This document shows positions 1 through 13,660 of a DNA stretch of 64,000 nucleotides, piece by piece. The notes below the pieces were generated by a model. It searched no databases. It was given only the letters and a program-made list of their open reading frames with translations, and was not told the DNA's origin. This DNA is from the human T2T-CHM13v2.0 reference genome, Homo sapiens. Each line of letters begins with the position of its first letter. The first letter of the stretch is position 1. A program made the position numbers and the translations under genes. The stretch covers positions 24,352,001-24,416,000 of the forward strand of contig CP068257.2 of NCBI GenBank assembly GCA_009914755.4. The letters are read 5' to 3'.

Positions 1-95
1 TGCTAAACACCCATATGCCTAGGACAGACTCCTAAAAATTAATTATTTGAATCAAAATGTTAATAGTGCTGAGGTTGAGAAACCTTGGTTTAGTT
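1..95. mobile_element. Terminal part of the same MER-type DNA-transposon relic as 17566-17772, truncated by the window edge.
   Basis: ...aaaatgttaatagtgctgaggttgagaaaccttg is similar to the end of the 17566-17772 copy. Confidence 0.4.
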
Positions 96-3000
96 GTTTG
101 TACCACATGTCAGCGCAAATGAAGGAGCCTGAGATGGGACACACTTTGGCCAGATCACATGGTGCAATCTGCTGACTAAAAATTGGCATGATGCTCTTTG
201 AGAGATTAAATGCCATTAAGGAGTTGGTCTGTTTGCCTTTTGGGATGCAGTCTGATGGAGACAGCACCAGAAAAAATGGTCACACTCTCATATTTAAAAT
301 ATAAATGAATCAACAAATATTTATATAATTTTATTGTCTACAAATACTATATTTTGAAGATTAAATGTGAAACCTTTTGCACTGTCCTAAACCCAAATGG
401 GCAGGTGCAAAACTAATGTCAGAAATTAACTCAGCTCTCGTAAGATTCTTTATCCCAAATGAGAAAGGGTTTTTTTTTAATGATTTGAATTCCTATGTTC
501 ACGAATAAAATGAAAGCTCTCAGCCTTATATTTGTGGTTTAGATTTTTATTTAAAATAACAACAATAAAATATGTCCCTAAAATTGCAATGCTCAAAATT
601 GGTTTTTATGACAAAAGTTTGAAACCTAGAAATGCCTGATTTATGGCAAATTATTGTTTTTATAATGCAAACCATCATACATTTTCTCCCTAAGTGTAAT
701 CTTTTATCAGTTCAACTGAAGAGCTTTTTCTATCTCCTTTCACATTTGTTATTTGACTAGAAGCAGCTTAGACTGAGCAACCTGTAAAACCAACCACCTT
801 TGTGCAGAAATATCATCCAACTGGCTCTAGATTGTTGAAGGAGCAAAGTCAAGTCCAAGTTGCCCAGTCTAACAGGCTTGCTTACCTTCTAGTTCAGCTC
901 CTTTTCTCTGAATTGAGTCTGCCATCTGAATTTGACCTCCAGATGACCATGACTTTTTCAAATCAAATGTGCAGTTTGCTATAAATAAGACCACATAGCT
1001 GCACAGGCTATAAATAACTAGAAATTATATGTTTTTTTCCTTGTCTGTTTGTACTAGCACTGCAAAACCCTTCACTTGCTGTGATTGAATAGTCTCTGTA
1101 GGCAGACAAGAAAATATAGCTGCCCAAAGCACTTCATCCTCCTAGAATGGAAAGGTGTCAGGATCCCAAATACACTGCAAGTAGATGGAGAAAATTACTG
1201 GGAAGGAGAAAATTACAAAAGAGACTTTCAGTATCTGTTTGGAACAGTGGATGATGAAAGTGGTAGTTACGTGTACAGCATGAAAATAAATTTATCAGAC
1301 AATGATGCTTGTTTCCATCAGTTATTAAAAATGGAAAAATAGAATTCTTATAAATGCTAAAATGAAACAAGAGAAAAATAATCACTGTTTTATAAAAGAA
1401 TGGGAAAGACATTTAATTTACTGATGCGTGCTCTATTCATGGCATTTAGGAAAAAATGTTAACATTCTTCATCCTCTTTTCACTGTTTTCTGTATTCTTA
1501 AAATGTGCTTCTGAATCGCAAATGTGATTTCACTAACCGGCAAAACAATGTCAGAACCAAATGCTTAGCCATTTGGTGTGGAGTGCGGCCAAAACGTCAT
1601 TTGGGTTTCAAAGCCTGGTCCTGCCATGTTCGATGGCTTGGGACAAGTCACTAAGCTCTTGAAGCCTCATTTTTTCTCGTATGTACAAAAGGAATGAGGA
1701 AAATGCCCACAAAGTGTTCTGAAGAAAAATAAATGATCTGTGAAAATGCTCGGTACAATGCAACTCAACATGCGTACCTATGTCAACACTATAGTGGAAT
1801 AGCTAGAGCTTTTTCCTAGTCTGTCAACCCACTTGCTGTACTTACAGTGTTTTTAGAGAAAAATGCTTTTTTCACAACAGCAAAAGAAACGTTTATGTTG
1901 CAGCAGTACAAACCACATCCTTCAAAAGTTATACATAATGTGAATTATTCTGAATATTTTATGGAGGCCATTAAAAAACTTTATAGTTTAGGATGCAGTC
2001 TTTTTTAAAATACCTAATCCTTCATCTATAATTTATCATCTTTAAAAAAGATAACTGGCTTCATCAGTTTTGAGATGAGGGTTTTTTTTTTTCAGGATAA
2101 TGTACACAAATGCTAATTATAAAATATCTAAGTTACAACTGAAATTGTGCCTCTTCTTCCAGCAATCATAAGCATAAATGGCATATATCATCCCTAACCT
2201 AACACTGGATAAATCTATTTCTGGATGGAATCCAAATTCAAATATGAGTACTAAAACCACATTTTAAAACTAAACTCGTCTGATATTACAACTGAAATAA
2301 AAACAAAACATAAGACACTGTAAGTAAGGCCTGCAGTGGCTGGACAATGCATTTCTTTATAGGAGGCTCTTTCTCTACTTCCTAGTCAAAAGGTGAGCAC
2401 CTCTAACCTACCATTATGCCTTCTGGGAGAGGAGAAAGAGGGGTTCCTAATGTCTAAAAGTGACCCTTCATGTCTAAAGTTGAAACCGGGTCTTATAACA
2501 CACATAAATTGAAATCTGCGTGTACGAATTAGTCCATGTACTACAATACATGAATATTAAGTACTTTTTCTGAGGAAACAAGTTACTTATGTATTATAGT
2601 CTCTTGTTAAATCATGGCATCTTGATGTAACCGAGTACTCTATTTTAAAGATCTTTCTTCCTTTCTTTTCCTTCCAGTTTTAGTAATGAAATGGTAACCT
2701 TTGCTCTCTTTCTTCCCACCAGGCACTCCCTGCACAGCGCTTCCATTATCTAATTACGCTTATAATTATTATTAAAATTATTAATGCTTGCTTAGAAGTT
2801 CCACTGACTGACTTAGGCACCTTCAGAATTCTCCCTCATCAGGAGATCACCTCAAGGCTGCAGTTAATTTACAACCCGATTGTGCGGGATGCGCCAGCCC
2901 ACTTACCGAACTGGATAATAACTCAAGTCTTTGGAACAAGTCCTGTATAGCAGCACCTCCTCACCCCTCCTTCATGCCCTGCATTCCAAGCTCCCCTTTT

Positions 3001-3495
3001 TAAGCCTTTGTTTTTTAATCCAAAATTTGAGATGGTTGCTTTGAGGCAGGAGCCTGGACCATTTCCCCATTGCTAGCTTTGCTAAGTAAAGTCACTTTCC
3101 TTCCACTGCACCTAGCCCTTGTTCTTCAGTTCTGCAAAAGCAGTGAGAGGCTAAGCCTGCTCTCAGTTACACTGATAGCTTTTAGGAAATAAAATAGTAA
3201 TGGCAAATACAATACAATGATGTTGTCCATATAATATTCAATAAAACCAGACTAAATAAAAAGGAAATTGGTCAGAAATAGAAGAAACTTAGTCAATGAT
3301 GTTCTTAGCCCAACATCTCAAGCTGTCTGGCAAAATCAGATGTAATTACAAGCAAGGTAATGGGAAGAAACATTTTACTAAGACAGGTGTTCAAGAAACA
3401 CAAAACCATGCAAAGAAGGTGATGATGCTGGAGTTATGTGAACCAAGCAGCATCCTCCTCCCCTCTTCCCTTCCCTCAGGTGAATGACAACGTAC

Positions 3496-3552
3496 GTTTA
3501 ACAGGATCTCGGGCAAGAGGTTCCTGGGTAGTCTTGAGTAAACTTTGGGACA
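3496..3552 (-). CDS. APP: APP exon 8 (OX-2-related cassette exon, 57 nt, encodes MSQSLLKTTQEPLARDPVK). Alternatively spliced; skipped in APP751 and APP695.
   Basis: The reverse complement reads TGTCCCAAAGTTTACTCAAGACTACCCAGGAACCTCTTGCCCGAGATCCTGTTAAAC. Its frame continues exactly from the exon 7 end (GCC A|TG). In the sense strand the acceptor is a strong polypyrimidine tract (ttctcttattttttccatag) immediately upstream, and the donor is gtacgt immediately downstream. Confidence 0.95.
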
Positions 3553-4916
3553 CTATGGAAAAAATAAGAGAACATAACTAAAAACAAAAAGAGAAACATG
3601 GGAATGATGGCTGAAATGCACGAGTCCACTGACAAAAAAACAACCTAACAAACAAAATCACTCACTTAGGTTTGGTCCCTCCAACAAAACCAAAATGAAC
3701 ATATAAACATAAGATCTATTTTCGTAAGAAGTTAACATTTGAGAATGCTGGATATTTTGTCTCTGATAGTATATCCGAGTAACAACAGGTTTCTTAACAG
3801 AAGAGGATTTCTTGCTCCTTTTGTGCCAAATATCCCCAATTCCCTTCGATGCATTTTTTCACAAAAACTCCATTTATTTCACTCATTCATAGGACAGCAT
3901 GTGGCTCTCGGCTCTGGCTGTTTGCTGAGGCTTATACTCTCTACTTATTCTTGTCCACCCATCTAACTGATCTTCAGCCTTTGCCTTCTTCATACATTAT
4001 TCTGTCACCTTTCCCCTCTAAAATCAGGCATAGCTAGCCTCATCTAATACATCTCTGTTGGGAGCATCGACCTTTTGCAAAACCCTCAGCAAACTGTGTG
4101 CCACCCAGGACACCTGGACAGGTGCCCACTGGTCACTCCCAGCCCAAACTGATCAAAGGGAGAGAGTGTTAGGTGAAGGGATGGCAGTACTGGGGTGAGG
4201 TGGAGAGAATTTTAATCTCTTGAAGCAAATTCATCACTGCTAATAATTAAAACCAAATAAATCTCTTATTACCAAAAACTATACATGATATTTCAGAAAA
4301 TGAATCCACCCAGGGAAAGGGAGAAAAAAGTTGCAAATCTGCCAGGAAACCTCTCCCACCGGCTAAACCAGTGAGAATCACTGTAACAAAAGGCCTTTGT
4401 TCCAAAGGCTGCAGGCAACAGAATTCTCCATTGTGTTCGCAATACCTGACCTAATTGACTGCTTTGTTTGAAACTGAAGAAGGGAGTCCTTTGAGCCAGA
4501 AGCTGCAATCATCCAATCAGAGCCAGAAAAAAAAAAAAAAAAAGCCCTTGAGGTTATCAGTTCCTACACCTGTTCACACATGGGACTGAAGCAGTCATCT
4601 CATTCACTGGCGATGGCAGGAGACCAACAGGAGCTTTTCCATTACATTCCTCTTAGATCCTGGGCTCCTTTACAGTGGGGGTATTAATGGTGCAGGCCCT
4701 TCTGTTGTTTTGCTTAATCCTAAGATCTTGCTGCAAAACAATTTATATAATCCCTAGGAATCTCAGGCAGGAAATGTGGCTGCCACCCTTGCAACACAGC
4801 GGAGAATTAGGCAGGAGTCTCTCAAAAAAGTAATACACAGTTATTGAGTTTCATTTTTAGTTATCAAGCTGAGCTGAATAATTACTTCTTGAGTAGTTCA
4901 TACTTCCTACTCATGA

Positions 4917-4954
4917 ACAACAACAACAAATAAATAAATAAATAAATAAATAAG
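4917..4954. repeat. (CAA)n(AAAT)n simple repeat.
   Basis: caacaacaacaaataaataaataaataaataaataagc. Confidence 0.9.
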
Positions 4955-5144
4955 CACAATTGGGAATTTCACTTGGAAGTCTGTTAACGACATGGAAGTC
5001 TCACATCTGGTACTGGACCTCCTGAGAATTACCTCTTTGGGGAAAATTTCATCATGCACTTAAGTCATCATGACTTCATATTTTTATCCCCCGGAATTAT
5101 GAAAAGCTTAATGTTCAAGAGAAAGACTTTGAAAATTATGTTCT

Positions 5145-5445
<301 letters not shown>

Positions 5446-5980
5446 AAAATTATGTTCCTCGAGCCTTATGTCATTGAAAGTTTCTCACGTTAAGTCAAAA
5501 GTTTTCTTCTACTTTCAAGAGAAGAAGCAGAAGTTTGACCTGGCAAATGTCTGTGTGCTGAGCTCGGAGGGGGCAAGACGGGCACTTCTACCCTCCGGCA
5601 TTTGAGATGCATGAGCTCAATTCAATCACATTCCCTCATCAGCACAATAAAAGACATGTTATGAACCAACTTAAAGGTATTCATCACAGCCATACACCTT
5701 ATCAATGCAACTCAAGCTGCATCAGCCAGGCTTCCAGTGGTAGACAGTATCTGCACAGGTAGTGCACATGCATAAACATGAACACATATGTACACGGACA
5801 AACACATAAGTATGCATTTGCAGAAACGGCTGGCTGCAGAAGACAAAACAGCCACTCCAGCTTTGTTTAAAAGAGAAGCACTCAAAAGTCCCTCTGGATT
5901 GCAAGACATATGTGCTACAGCTAGGAAGAGAACACATCCATGGCCATGCTTTATCAGGGAAAGACGGAGAGGTGTGCTCA

Positions 5981-6322
<342 letters not shown>

Positions 6323-6888
6323 TCAGAGGAGATGTGGGGAACCACATTTAGCATGAAAAGGCACTGTCTCTCTGTTCATGTATACACGTTTACTTCTTTT
6401 AATCCTCCCAGTGGCAACCTGGACTGGTTTATTAGGCAGCATCTACCAAACATTTACTGAGGAATTTAACTGGCCACCAGGACTAGAGATTTACACCTCT
6501 CAGAGCATGCACTGTCATCTGGTTTAATGAGTGCAGGACTCGGTAGCAATAAAAGGATTCCGGCCAAAGGTGAAAAGATCATTTGGCTGCTTTTAGATGA
6601 GTATGAAATGACGGAAGGTATCTGCACATCACAACAATTCTCCATTATAAAAAATAAACTTCTCTTTTTAAGAAGTCAACTTTCATGTAAGGAAACTGCT
6701 TTGGTTATGAAGCGAAAGTTTAAGCCCTCACAAACATCTGATTGCTTTCCTTAATAAATGATTGCCTTAACTCAAATATAAAATTAATTGCATATATTTT
6801 GAATGTTTTCCAGTGTTGGAAGCTGTCTGTCCATTGACTTTATCTGGAAACACATGTCATATCTGTAAATGTGACTTATACTCAATGA

Positions 6889-7215
6889 CATTAACTTAAG
6901 ACCATTCATTTGTATATTAAGATATGTACTAATATAAATGGTCTTAAATTAACTCTGATTTAAGACCATTTTATTTGTATATTAAAATATGTATTTATAT
7001 ATTATACATTAATAATTTAATTACATATGCATGAAGTACATCTATAACAACGTATTATTAATTCTGCTATTTAATTGATATTTATATATTAAAAATCTGT
7101 ATTATTTGTATATATTTACATACACATTAAGTACAACTATAACAATGTATTATTTAATTATGCTACTTAATTGATATTTATGTATTAAAAATCTGTATTA
7201 TTTGTATATTTTGTA
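6889..7215. repeat. AT-rich block: a 16-bp-arm palindrome followed by a diverged tandem duplication of about 100 bp x2. It lies 0.6-0.9 kb upstream in the transcript of the KPI exon acceptor.
   Basis: ttaacttaagaccatt ...(about 30 nt)... aatggtcttaaattaa at 6889-6954. Then two copies of ...acat...attaagtacaactataacaa(c/t)gtattatt(t)aatt(c/a)tgctatttaattgatatttat(a/g)tattaaaaatctgtattatttgtatat at about 7020-7115 and 7120-7215. Confidence 0.8.
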
Positions 7216-7648
7216 TATTTACCTGACCCTTGGGCAGGAATGTTCCAAACAATAAAACGCAGTCAATCAACTCCAACTGATTAATACACACCACGCACTG
7301 TTATACATTAAAACACATCTTACCTGTCAACATGTCTTGCCACCCTCCCCAAGATCAGTTTCACTCATCCCTGATTGCCTCAAAGTCAATCAGTGACCCA
7401 TCCAATTGCATGTATAAAGTCAATCCTGAGTAGAATTATAACTCTACCTCCCATGTATATCCCATTTTTATTGGAAGTGAAACAACAGCCCAATTCTCTC
7501 TCTGGGTTTGTGCCCTGCCCTTGCTAGACTGACGCCTTAGCACACACAGATGTCTTCTTAGTTTTACTGACAGAGGAAAAAACACCTTTCTAAAAGATGA
7601 AAGCCACGCATCACCCATTACTTCCAAGTTAGGAATATTCAACAGATT

Positions 7649-7935
7649 CTTTTTTTCTTTTTATGAGACAGGGTCTTGCACTGCCGCCCAGTGGCACAAT
7701 CTTGGCTCACTGCAACCTCTACCTCCTGAGTTCAAGTGATTCTTGCGCCTCAGCCTCCCAAGTAGCTGGGATTACCCTTGTACCAGCACGCCTGGCTAAT
7801 TTTTTGGTATTTTTAGTAGAGATGGGGTTTCACCAGGTAGGCCAGGCTGGTCTTGAACTCCTGGCCTCAAGTGATACACCTGCCTCAGCCTCTCTAAGTG
7901 CTGGGATTACAGGCGTGAGCCACTGCCACTGGTCC
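7649..7935 (-). mobile_element. Full-length Alu, antisense on the + strand (sense to APP). It lies in intron 6, about 1.3 kb upstream in the transcript of exon 7.
   Basis: A poly-T head, then gagacagggtcttgcactgccgcccag... and ...gcgtgagccactgccactgg. TSD TTCAACAGATT at 7638-7648 and 7936-7946. Confidence 0.9.
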
Positions 7936-10410
7936 TTCAACAGATTGATTCTAATTAGCCAATCAAAGACAAGGATCCACAATGTCAATACAAATGGGGA
8001 CTAACTATTGTTTTACTTCCCTATACACGTTGCTCTTTCAGTAGATGCAATAAAGTACTGGTAAAACCAGAGGTGGCTACCATCACGATGATGTCAACAG
8101 GAGGGACAGTCAGCACTAAGCCCAGAAGGTGTCAAACACTCCGCAGGAGAAATGCGCCATGCAACGGACATGAAGATGATCTGACACTCTTCACGTGGTT
8201 TTCAGATGGAAACGTGGCTACGAAAGCATCAACCTCATTATCATCCATCATTAAGGCCATCTCACTCAGTACTGCTGCTTTCAAAGTCCACGCTCCCAAA
8301 GCAAATTGGATTTCTGTACACAATACTCTTACAGGATGAAACCCAACCAACTTGTTGACGTAAGTATCCCATCTACTTCGCAATTTTATTTATCTTCCAA
8401 AATTAAAGGACTGGCACCCTGATTTATTAAAAGTGAATTGGTTCTAGGGACCATATCCCCTCTGAGTTACTGACAGAGCAGCTTCTGGCCTGTGAAGCTC
8501 AAAGCCATGCCTAGATGTGAGGATCCCATCAACTATAGCCAGCAGTGGTCTCTGCTCCCAGAGCTTACCTTCAGTTGTAACAAACATCTACAGCTTCACT
8601 TTGCTTTCCTTCTCTGTATCTCCTTCACCAATGTGTACATATTCATGTCACATGCTCTTTAACGTTTCTAAGACACAACAATACCCATTATTAATCTCTT
8701 ACTCAGGCAGTGTTAATTCCAATAAGACTGCAAGGCAGCAGTGCCTCCAGAGCCTGCACTGTGCCGGGAATTGGCACTGGGATTGCAAGCACCGTGGTCA
8801 TTGCTACCAAGGGAGGCACAGAATCCCTTCACCCCATAGTCACGGGAGCATTGGCAACAAAATTTACCATGCCTTGGCAATTTATGCTGACCCTCACATT
8901 TTGGCATTAAAAAAAAGTATCATCTTAGAGTACCAAATATGTGTCTTCTTATAGATGTGTGCCACGGGCCTCGCAGTGAACATCACAGCTCTGCAGATGC
9001 ACAAACCTTGTCTTTATGAGTCTATATATTAAATAAAAGTGGTAGAATTTTGGATGGGTGCAAGTCAAGTAATGGGATAAAAGAATGATGATCGAAGGAG
9101 ATGATTCATGATAACTATGTGCCCTTATGTGAAACCTAGCAACAATTTCTTACTTATGATAAAGGCACAATCTCCCCAGTCCAGAATCTAAATGGCATTA
9201 TATTAACATTTTCCTATACCACTAATTAAACATAATGCTACATTCATTTTATTTTCTTCTGCCTCATTCTATAACAGCTATGAAACCATTTGTTATAGCT
9301 AATTCGTAGAAGCCAGGCTAAATGAGCCCTAATCAACTAGAACAAGCATTCAGAACTCAAAATCCATTTACATGTTAATTAAGTAAATAGTATAAGCTAC
9401 ACGTTGAGCCTACAACTCTTGCTGGAGTCTCCAGCTGTAAGAGCCTTAACTCCTTCCTTTCATAAAGGCCAAGAAAAGAGTGAGTTAGTCCCTATTCGGG
9501 GAGTGTTGGTTGGTTCTCCCAATCCTGTTAGGGGCAGTTGGCACTCTTGACTTTGAACGGCCCCCAAGAGTTTCACTGCCTTGGTGGAGTCCAAGTGGGC
9601 ATCATGGGCAATAGCAACAGATCCCACAATACTCAAATACAAAAGGCTACCTGAGATAATGCGGTCAGGAATGGGTGTAACAGTGTATGTTAATTTAATG
9701 TCAAATACATAATGTATGGAGAAGATGTACGTGAGGCTGGAAGAACAGGACTGACAGTGTGCTTTTGTTACTTCTCAATCTCTAAGAGACAGCTACCTTG
9801 TCCAACTGGTTCTCATCTGCTGACATGGAGGATGAGCAGATAGGCCTTCTCTTAACATGCAACCCCTCTCCTGGTGAAAAAGAGCTTCTCGTTATAATTC
9901 CCCCAATTGTCAGCAACCCTGATTCCCCATCACCTCAACTCTCACTTCCCAACACTTTCCCTCAGGGAAATAATGAGAACAGCAACTTCCTACAGCAGTG
10001 AAGCTGACTTCGGAGAGGACTGGGAAAGGAATGGAACGTATCCTCTATCACTCATAATTATATTCCTACTCTACTACAGGGAAAGGGAATGCAACTGTTT
10101 GTTTTCTCTGACTTTTTTGCTAACCCTTTATTATTCCAGAACAATTTTCCATGTAGTAGAAAAGAGAATCTTAGCCTACTCTGGGAGAAGCTGGGACTGA
10201 GGGTAGGGTCAGCACCAGCGATGTATGATGCTAATGCTTTTACACAAAGTATGAATAAGCACACAAGAAATGGCCAGTGCCTCTCAGAAGTGAACACGGA
10301 GAAGCAGCAGCATAGACTTGGGTTAAAGCAGTGTTAAGGGATTAATGTCAATTTAATAGTTGTGATACTGTACTGAGTGAAGACTATGCAGGGTCTCTTT
10401 GTATTAATTC

Positions 10411-10727
10411 TTTTTTTTTTTTTTTTTTTTTTTTTGAGACAGAGTCTCGCTCTGTTGCCCAGGCTGGAATGCAGTGGCACTATCTCCACTCACTGCAGGC
10501 TTCGCCAAGCTCCGCCTCCCAGGTTCACGCCATTCTCCTGCCTCAGCCTCCTGAGTAGCTGGGATTACAAGCACCCGCCACCACACCGGCTAATTTTTTC
10601 GTATTTTTTAGTAGACACGGGGTTTCTCTGTGTTAGCCAGGATGGTCTCGATCTCCTGACCTCATGATCCGCCTGCCTTGGCCTCCCAAAGTGCTGGGAT
10701 TACAGGCGTGAGGCACCGCGCCCGGCC
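10411..10727 (-). mobile_element. Full-length Alu (young S/Y-like, long T25 tail).
   Basis: t(25)gagacagagtctcgctctgttgcccaggctgg ... gcgtgaggcaccgcgcccggcc. TSD TATTAATTCTT flanks it. Confidence 0.9.
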
Positions 10728-10784
10728 TCTATTAATTCTTTCAACTGCATGTAAATCTACAATTGTCTCAAAGAAAAGATTTTT

Positions 10785-11228
10785 AATTTTTTTTCTTTTT
10801 TATTATACTTTAAGTTCTAGGGTACATGTGCACAACGTGCAGGTTTGTTACATAGGTATACATGTGCCATGTTGTTTGCTGCACCCATAAACTCGTCATT
10901 TACATTAGGTATTTCTCCTGATGCTTTCCCTCCCCCAACCCCCCACCCCCCCAACAGGCCCTGGTGTGTGATGTTCCCCGCCCTGTGTCCAAGTGTTCTC
11001 ATTGTTCAATTTCCACCTATGAGTGAGAACATGCAGAGTTTGGTTTTCTGTCCTTGTGATAGTCTGCTGAGAATGATGGTTTCCAGCTTCATCCATGTCC
11101 CTACAAAGGACGTGAACTCATCCTTTTTTATGGCTGCATAGTATTTCATGGTGTATATGTGCCACATTTTCTTAATCCAGTCTATCATTGATGGACATTT
11201 GGGTTGGTGTCAAGTCTTTGCTATTGAA
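10785..11228 (-). mobile_element. L1 (L1PA-like, young) 3'-terminal fragment: the ORF2 C-terminus plus 3'UTR and poly-A. 5'-truncated.
   Basis: The minus-strand ORF 11006..11188 is [60 protein letters not shown], which is the L1 ORF2 C-terminal tail. The + strand shows the characteristic ttatactttaagttctagggtacatgtgcacaacgtgcagg, and the poly-A appears as a T-run at 10783-10800. Confidence 0.85.
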
Positions 11229-11267
11229 AAGATTTTAAAAAGCCCACATAAAAAAATGAATATAGGA

Positions 11268-11566
11268 AGCCAGGCATGGTGGCTCAAGCCTGTAATCCCA
11301 GCACTTTGGGAGGCCGAGGTGGGCAGATCACCTGAGGTCAGGAGTTCAAGACCAACGTAGTCAACATGGCGAAACCCTGTCTCTACTAAAAATACAAAAA
11401 TTAGCTGGGCATGGTGGCGTGCACATATAATCTCACCTACTCGCGAGGCCGAAGCACTGGAATCACTTGAACCTGGGAAGCGTACATTGCAGTGAGCCAA
11501 AATAGTGCCACTGCACTCCAGCCTGGGCGACAGAGTGAGACTTGGTGTCAAAAAAAGAAAAAAATA
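11268..11566 (+). mobile_element. Full-length Alu in sense on the + strand, inserted at the truncated 5' edge of the L1 fragment.
   Basis: agccaggcatggtggctcaagcctgtaatcccagcactttgggaggccgagg ... gcctgggcgacagagtgagac, followed by an A-rich tail. TSD AATATAGGAA. Confidence 0.9.
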
Positions 11567-13479
11567 ATGATAATATAGGAATATTGATTTTTCAGTTTGC
11601 CTAAGAGTTCTAACCTTGTCTCTTTACTTGACTCAGAGATTGGAAGATTTGGAAATCTCAGTTTGAGAAAATTTCCTTTACATCCCTCTCTAGCAATGGG
11701 ATATTAGTAAGAGATCTAACCAATCAAGATGCTCACCAAGTAGAAGAGTTTTAGAGCACTGAGACCTGAAACACATCTTCAATAAGCCGCATCTAGTTTC
11801 ATGGAAGATAAAAATATCTCAAGAGAGAGTTCAAATGCTTATGTTTACATTTTCTATTTTTCTCAATAGCATAATTTCTTCCTTCCTAATCTACTGAAAC
11901 TTCTAAAAACATCAGCAAAAAACCTGTTTCACATTAATTACTATTATCACTCAGTGGAAATTTATAAATCAGCCACTAAATGTAGAGGATGCAAAATTAG
12001 ACCTTATATAACTAAACCCAAATAAGATTCCTGTGAAAATTAAAACCGTATCTTCAAAATGTATACTATATGTAATTATTATGTCAATTAAAAATAAAGT
12101 TGAAAAGAAAACAAATTTAAGAAAAAACAAAAAACTCTTCATCTGCCTTCTTTGTTCTCTTCTCAAAATGTAAAATACTGAGAAAACTAACATTTTGAAA
12201 TCATTTTTGAAATCAAACTTATTTTTTGATTTCCAATCCACCTTTCTGTTCAAAGTAAATATCAGAGATAATAATGGAGAAAATTTGTTCAGAAAAATAA
12301 AAGCAAGAATATTTCCTAAAGAGAAATGTTAGAAACATAGGCAAAGACTTACATGGCTATCTAAGGAACCACAATCCTTTATTGATGTTGAATTTCTTAC
12401 ACTTTCAAGATCACAAATAGCTTTTCTGATATTCACTTATCTGAATTCTGCTGGCAAGGAAGCATTATGCCTTCTTTTGTAACAACTCTGCTCACTCTTC
12501 AAGACAAAATGCCATTTACTACACTGAAATGCTGGTGTATACGAAACACAAAGCAAAATCATGTGCTTCTAATAAAACTCCACGCATTTTATCTTTGTAA
12601 GGTAGGCCCTTGCTGAGATTTGTGCTCGTGTCAACGCTACATTCCATTTTCTAAAAATCAGTATAACACAAAATAATACAGAATCTAAGCCAGAGCTCCC
12701 TGGATTATACAAAATGATTATGCAATTCATTGTTCAAAAAATAATGCTCAACCACAAAAAATTAGTTCTGAATAGATATTTCAAATTGGAGTGAAATTCT
12801 TTGTGGACAACCAAGGTTAGAAAGCTGATTTTACATATTTTAATAAATTTAGAATGAACACAGTTGTGAAACTGGCAACCAGAATGGGGAGAAAATCTCC
12901 ACTTTCAAATGTACGATAATTATAATGCCTTCTTATGAAGCAAAGTTAACAGATTAGCAAATAATTCGCTGTAAATAAAGTGGTAAATAAAGAATAAAGC
13001 TGGTTTTAGAATAAAGCAAAGCTGGTTATTATTATTTCATTTTTAATCATTGAATTTCAAGTATTCTCAGCCTACTGGAATGTATGTGAAATAAAACTAT
13101 ATTCCATGTGATGTATAAATTTTAAATTTACAAATTTTGGGAAAGCAGTCACAATCAAACTAGTCATTTAGAGAGAGCTAGGAACTATATTTTCTGAACT
13201 TTTTTTTAAAAGGCAACATTTTATAGCATTATTTTCTCCATACTCTACAAGAATATCTACTTAAACTTCACATAATACAACTATTTCTCCTTTCTGACAG
13301 AAATTCCCTATCTTGAACTCTTTTTCTCCAATTTTAAGTAGAGTAAAAAGGGCAAATGTAAGACAAATATAATTTATTTTTGTAATAAGTTACTTCCTTA
13401 ATGTAACAGTGGAATAAAATGAAAACGACATAAATATTAAAATCCACTAAGTATACAAAACTTCAATATTTCAAATAAA

Positions 13480-13660
13480 CGTTATAATTTATAAATATAA
13501 TTATAATATATTAGATTATAATATATTATATAAAAACTTTATAATTTATAAATATAATTTATGTATTATATTTATAAATTATATATTATATACTATATAT
13601 TACAATATATAATTATATAATACAATATACAATTTATATACATTTTATATAAATGTTTAC
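13480..13660. repeat. AT-rich low-complexity region with TA/TATAA-type repeats.
   Basis: ataattataatatattagattataatatattatataaaaactttataatttataaatataatttatgtattatatttataaattatatattatatactatatattacaatatataattatataatac... Confidence 0.85.

Noticed and set aside
1-3495. Searched for APP exon 9 ([45 protein letters not shown]) in the 3.5 kb beyond exon 8.
   Set aside because: No reverse-complement match, for example to ctgggacattctctctcggtgcttggcc or atgggcatgttcattctcatcccc. Intron 8 is longer than the remaining window.
8517-8954. 145-aa + strand ORF (MRIPSTIASSGLCSQ...).
   Set aside because: It has no similarity to anything I recognise, no Kozak or splice context, and lies in the deep intron. 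It is treated as a random ORF.
9460-9660. Segment with an LTR-like feel (…tgttaggggcagttggcactcttgactttgaacggcccccaag…).
   Set aside because: I could not assign it to a repeat family from memory, and there are no diagnostic termini. It is left unannotated.
11006-11188. 60-aa minus-strand [15 protein letters not shown]...MFSLIGGN.
   Set aside because: It is the C-terminal tail of L1 ORF2 within a 5'-truncated L1 fragment. It is a transposon remnant, not a host gene.
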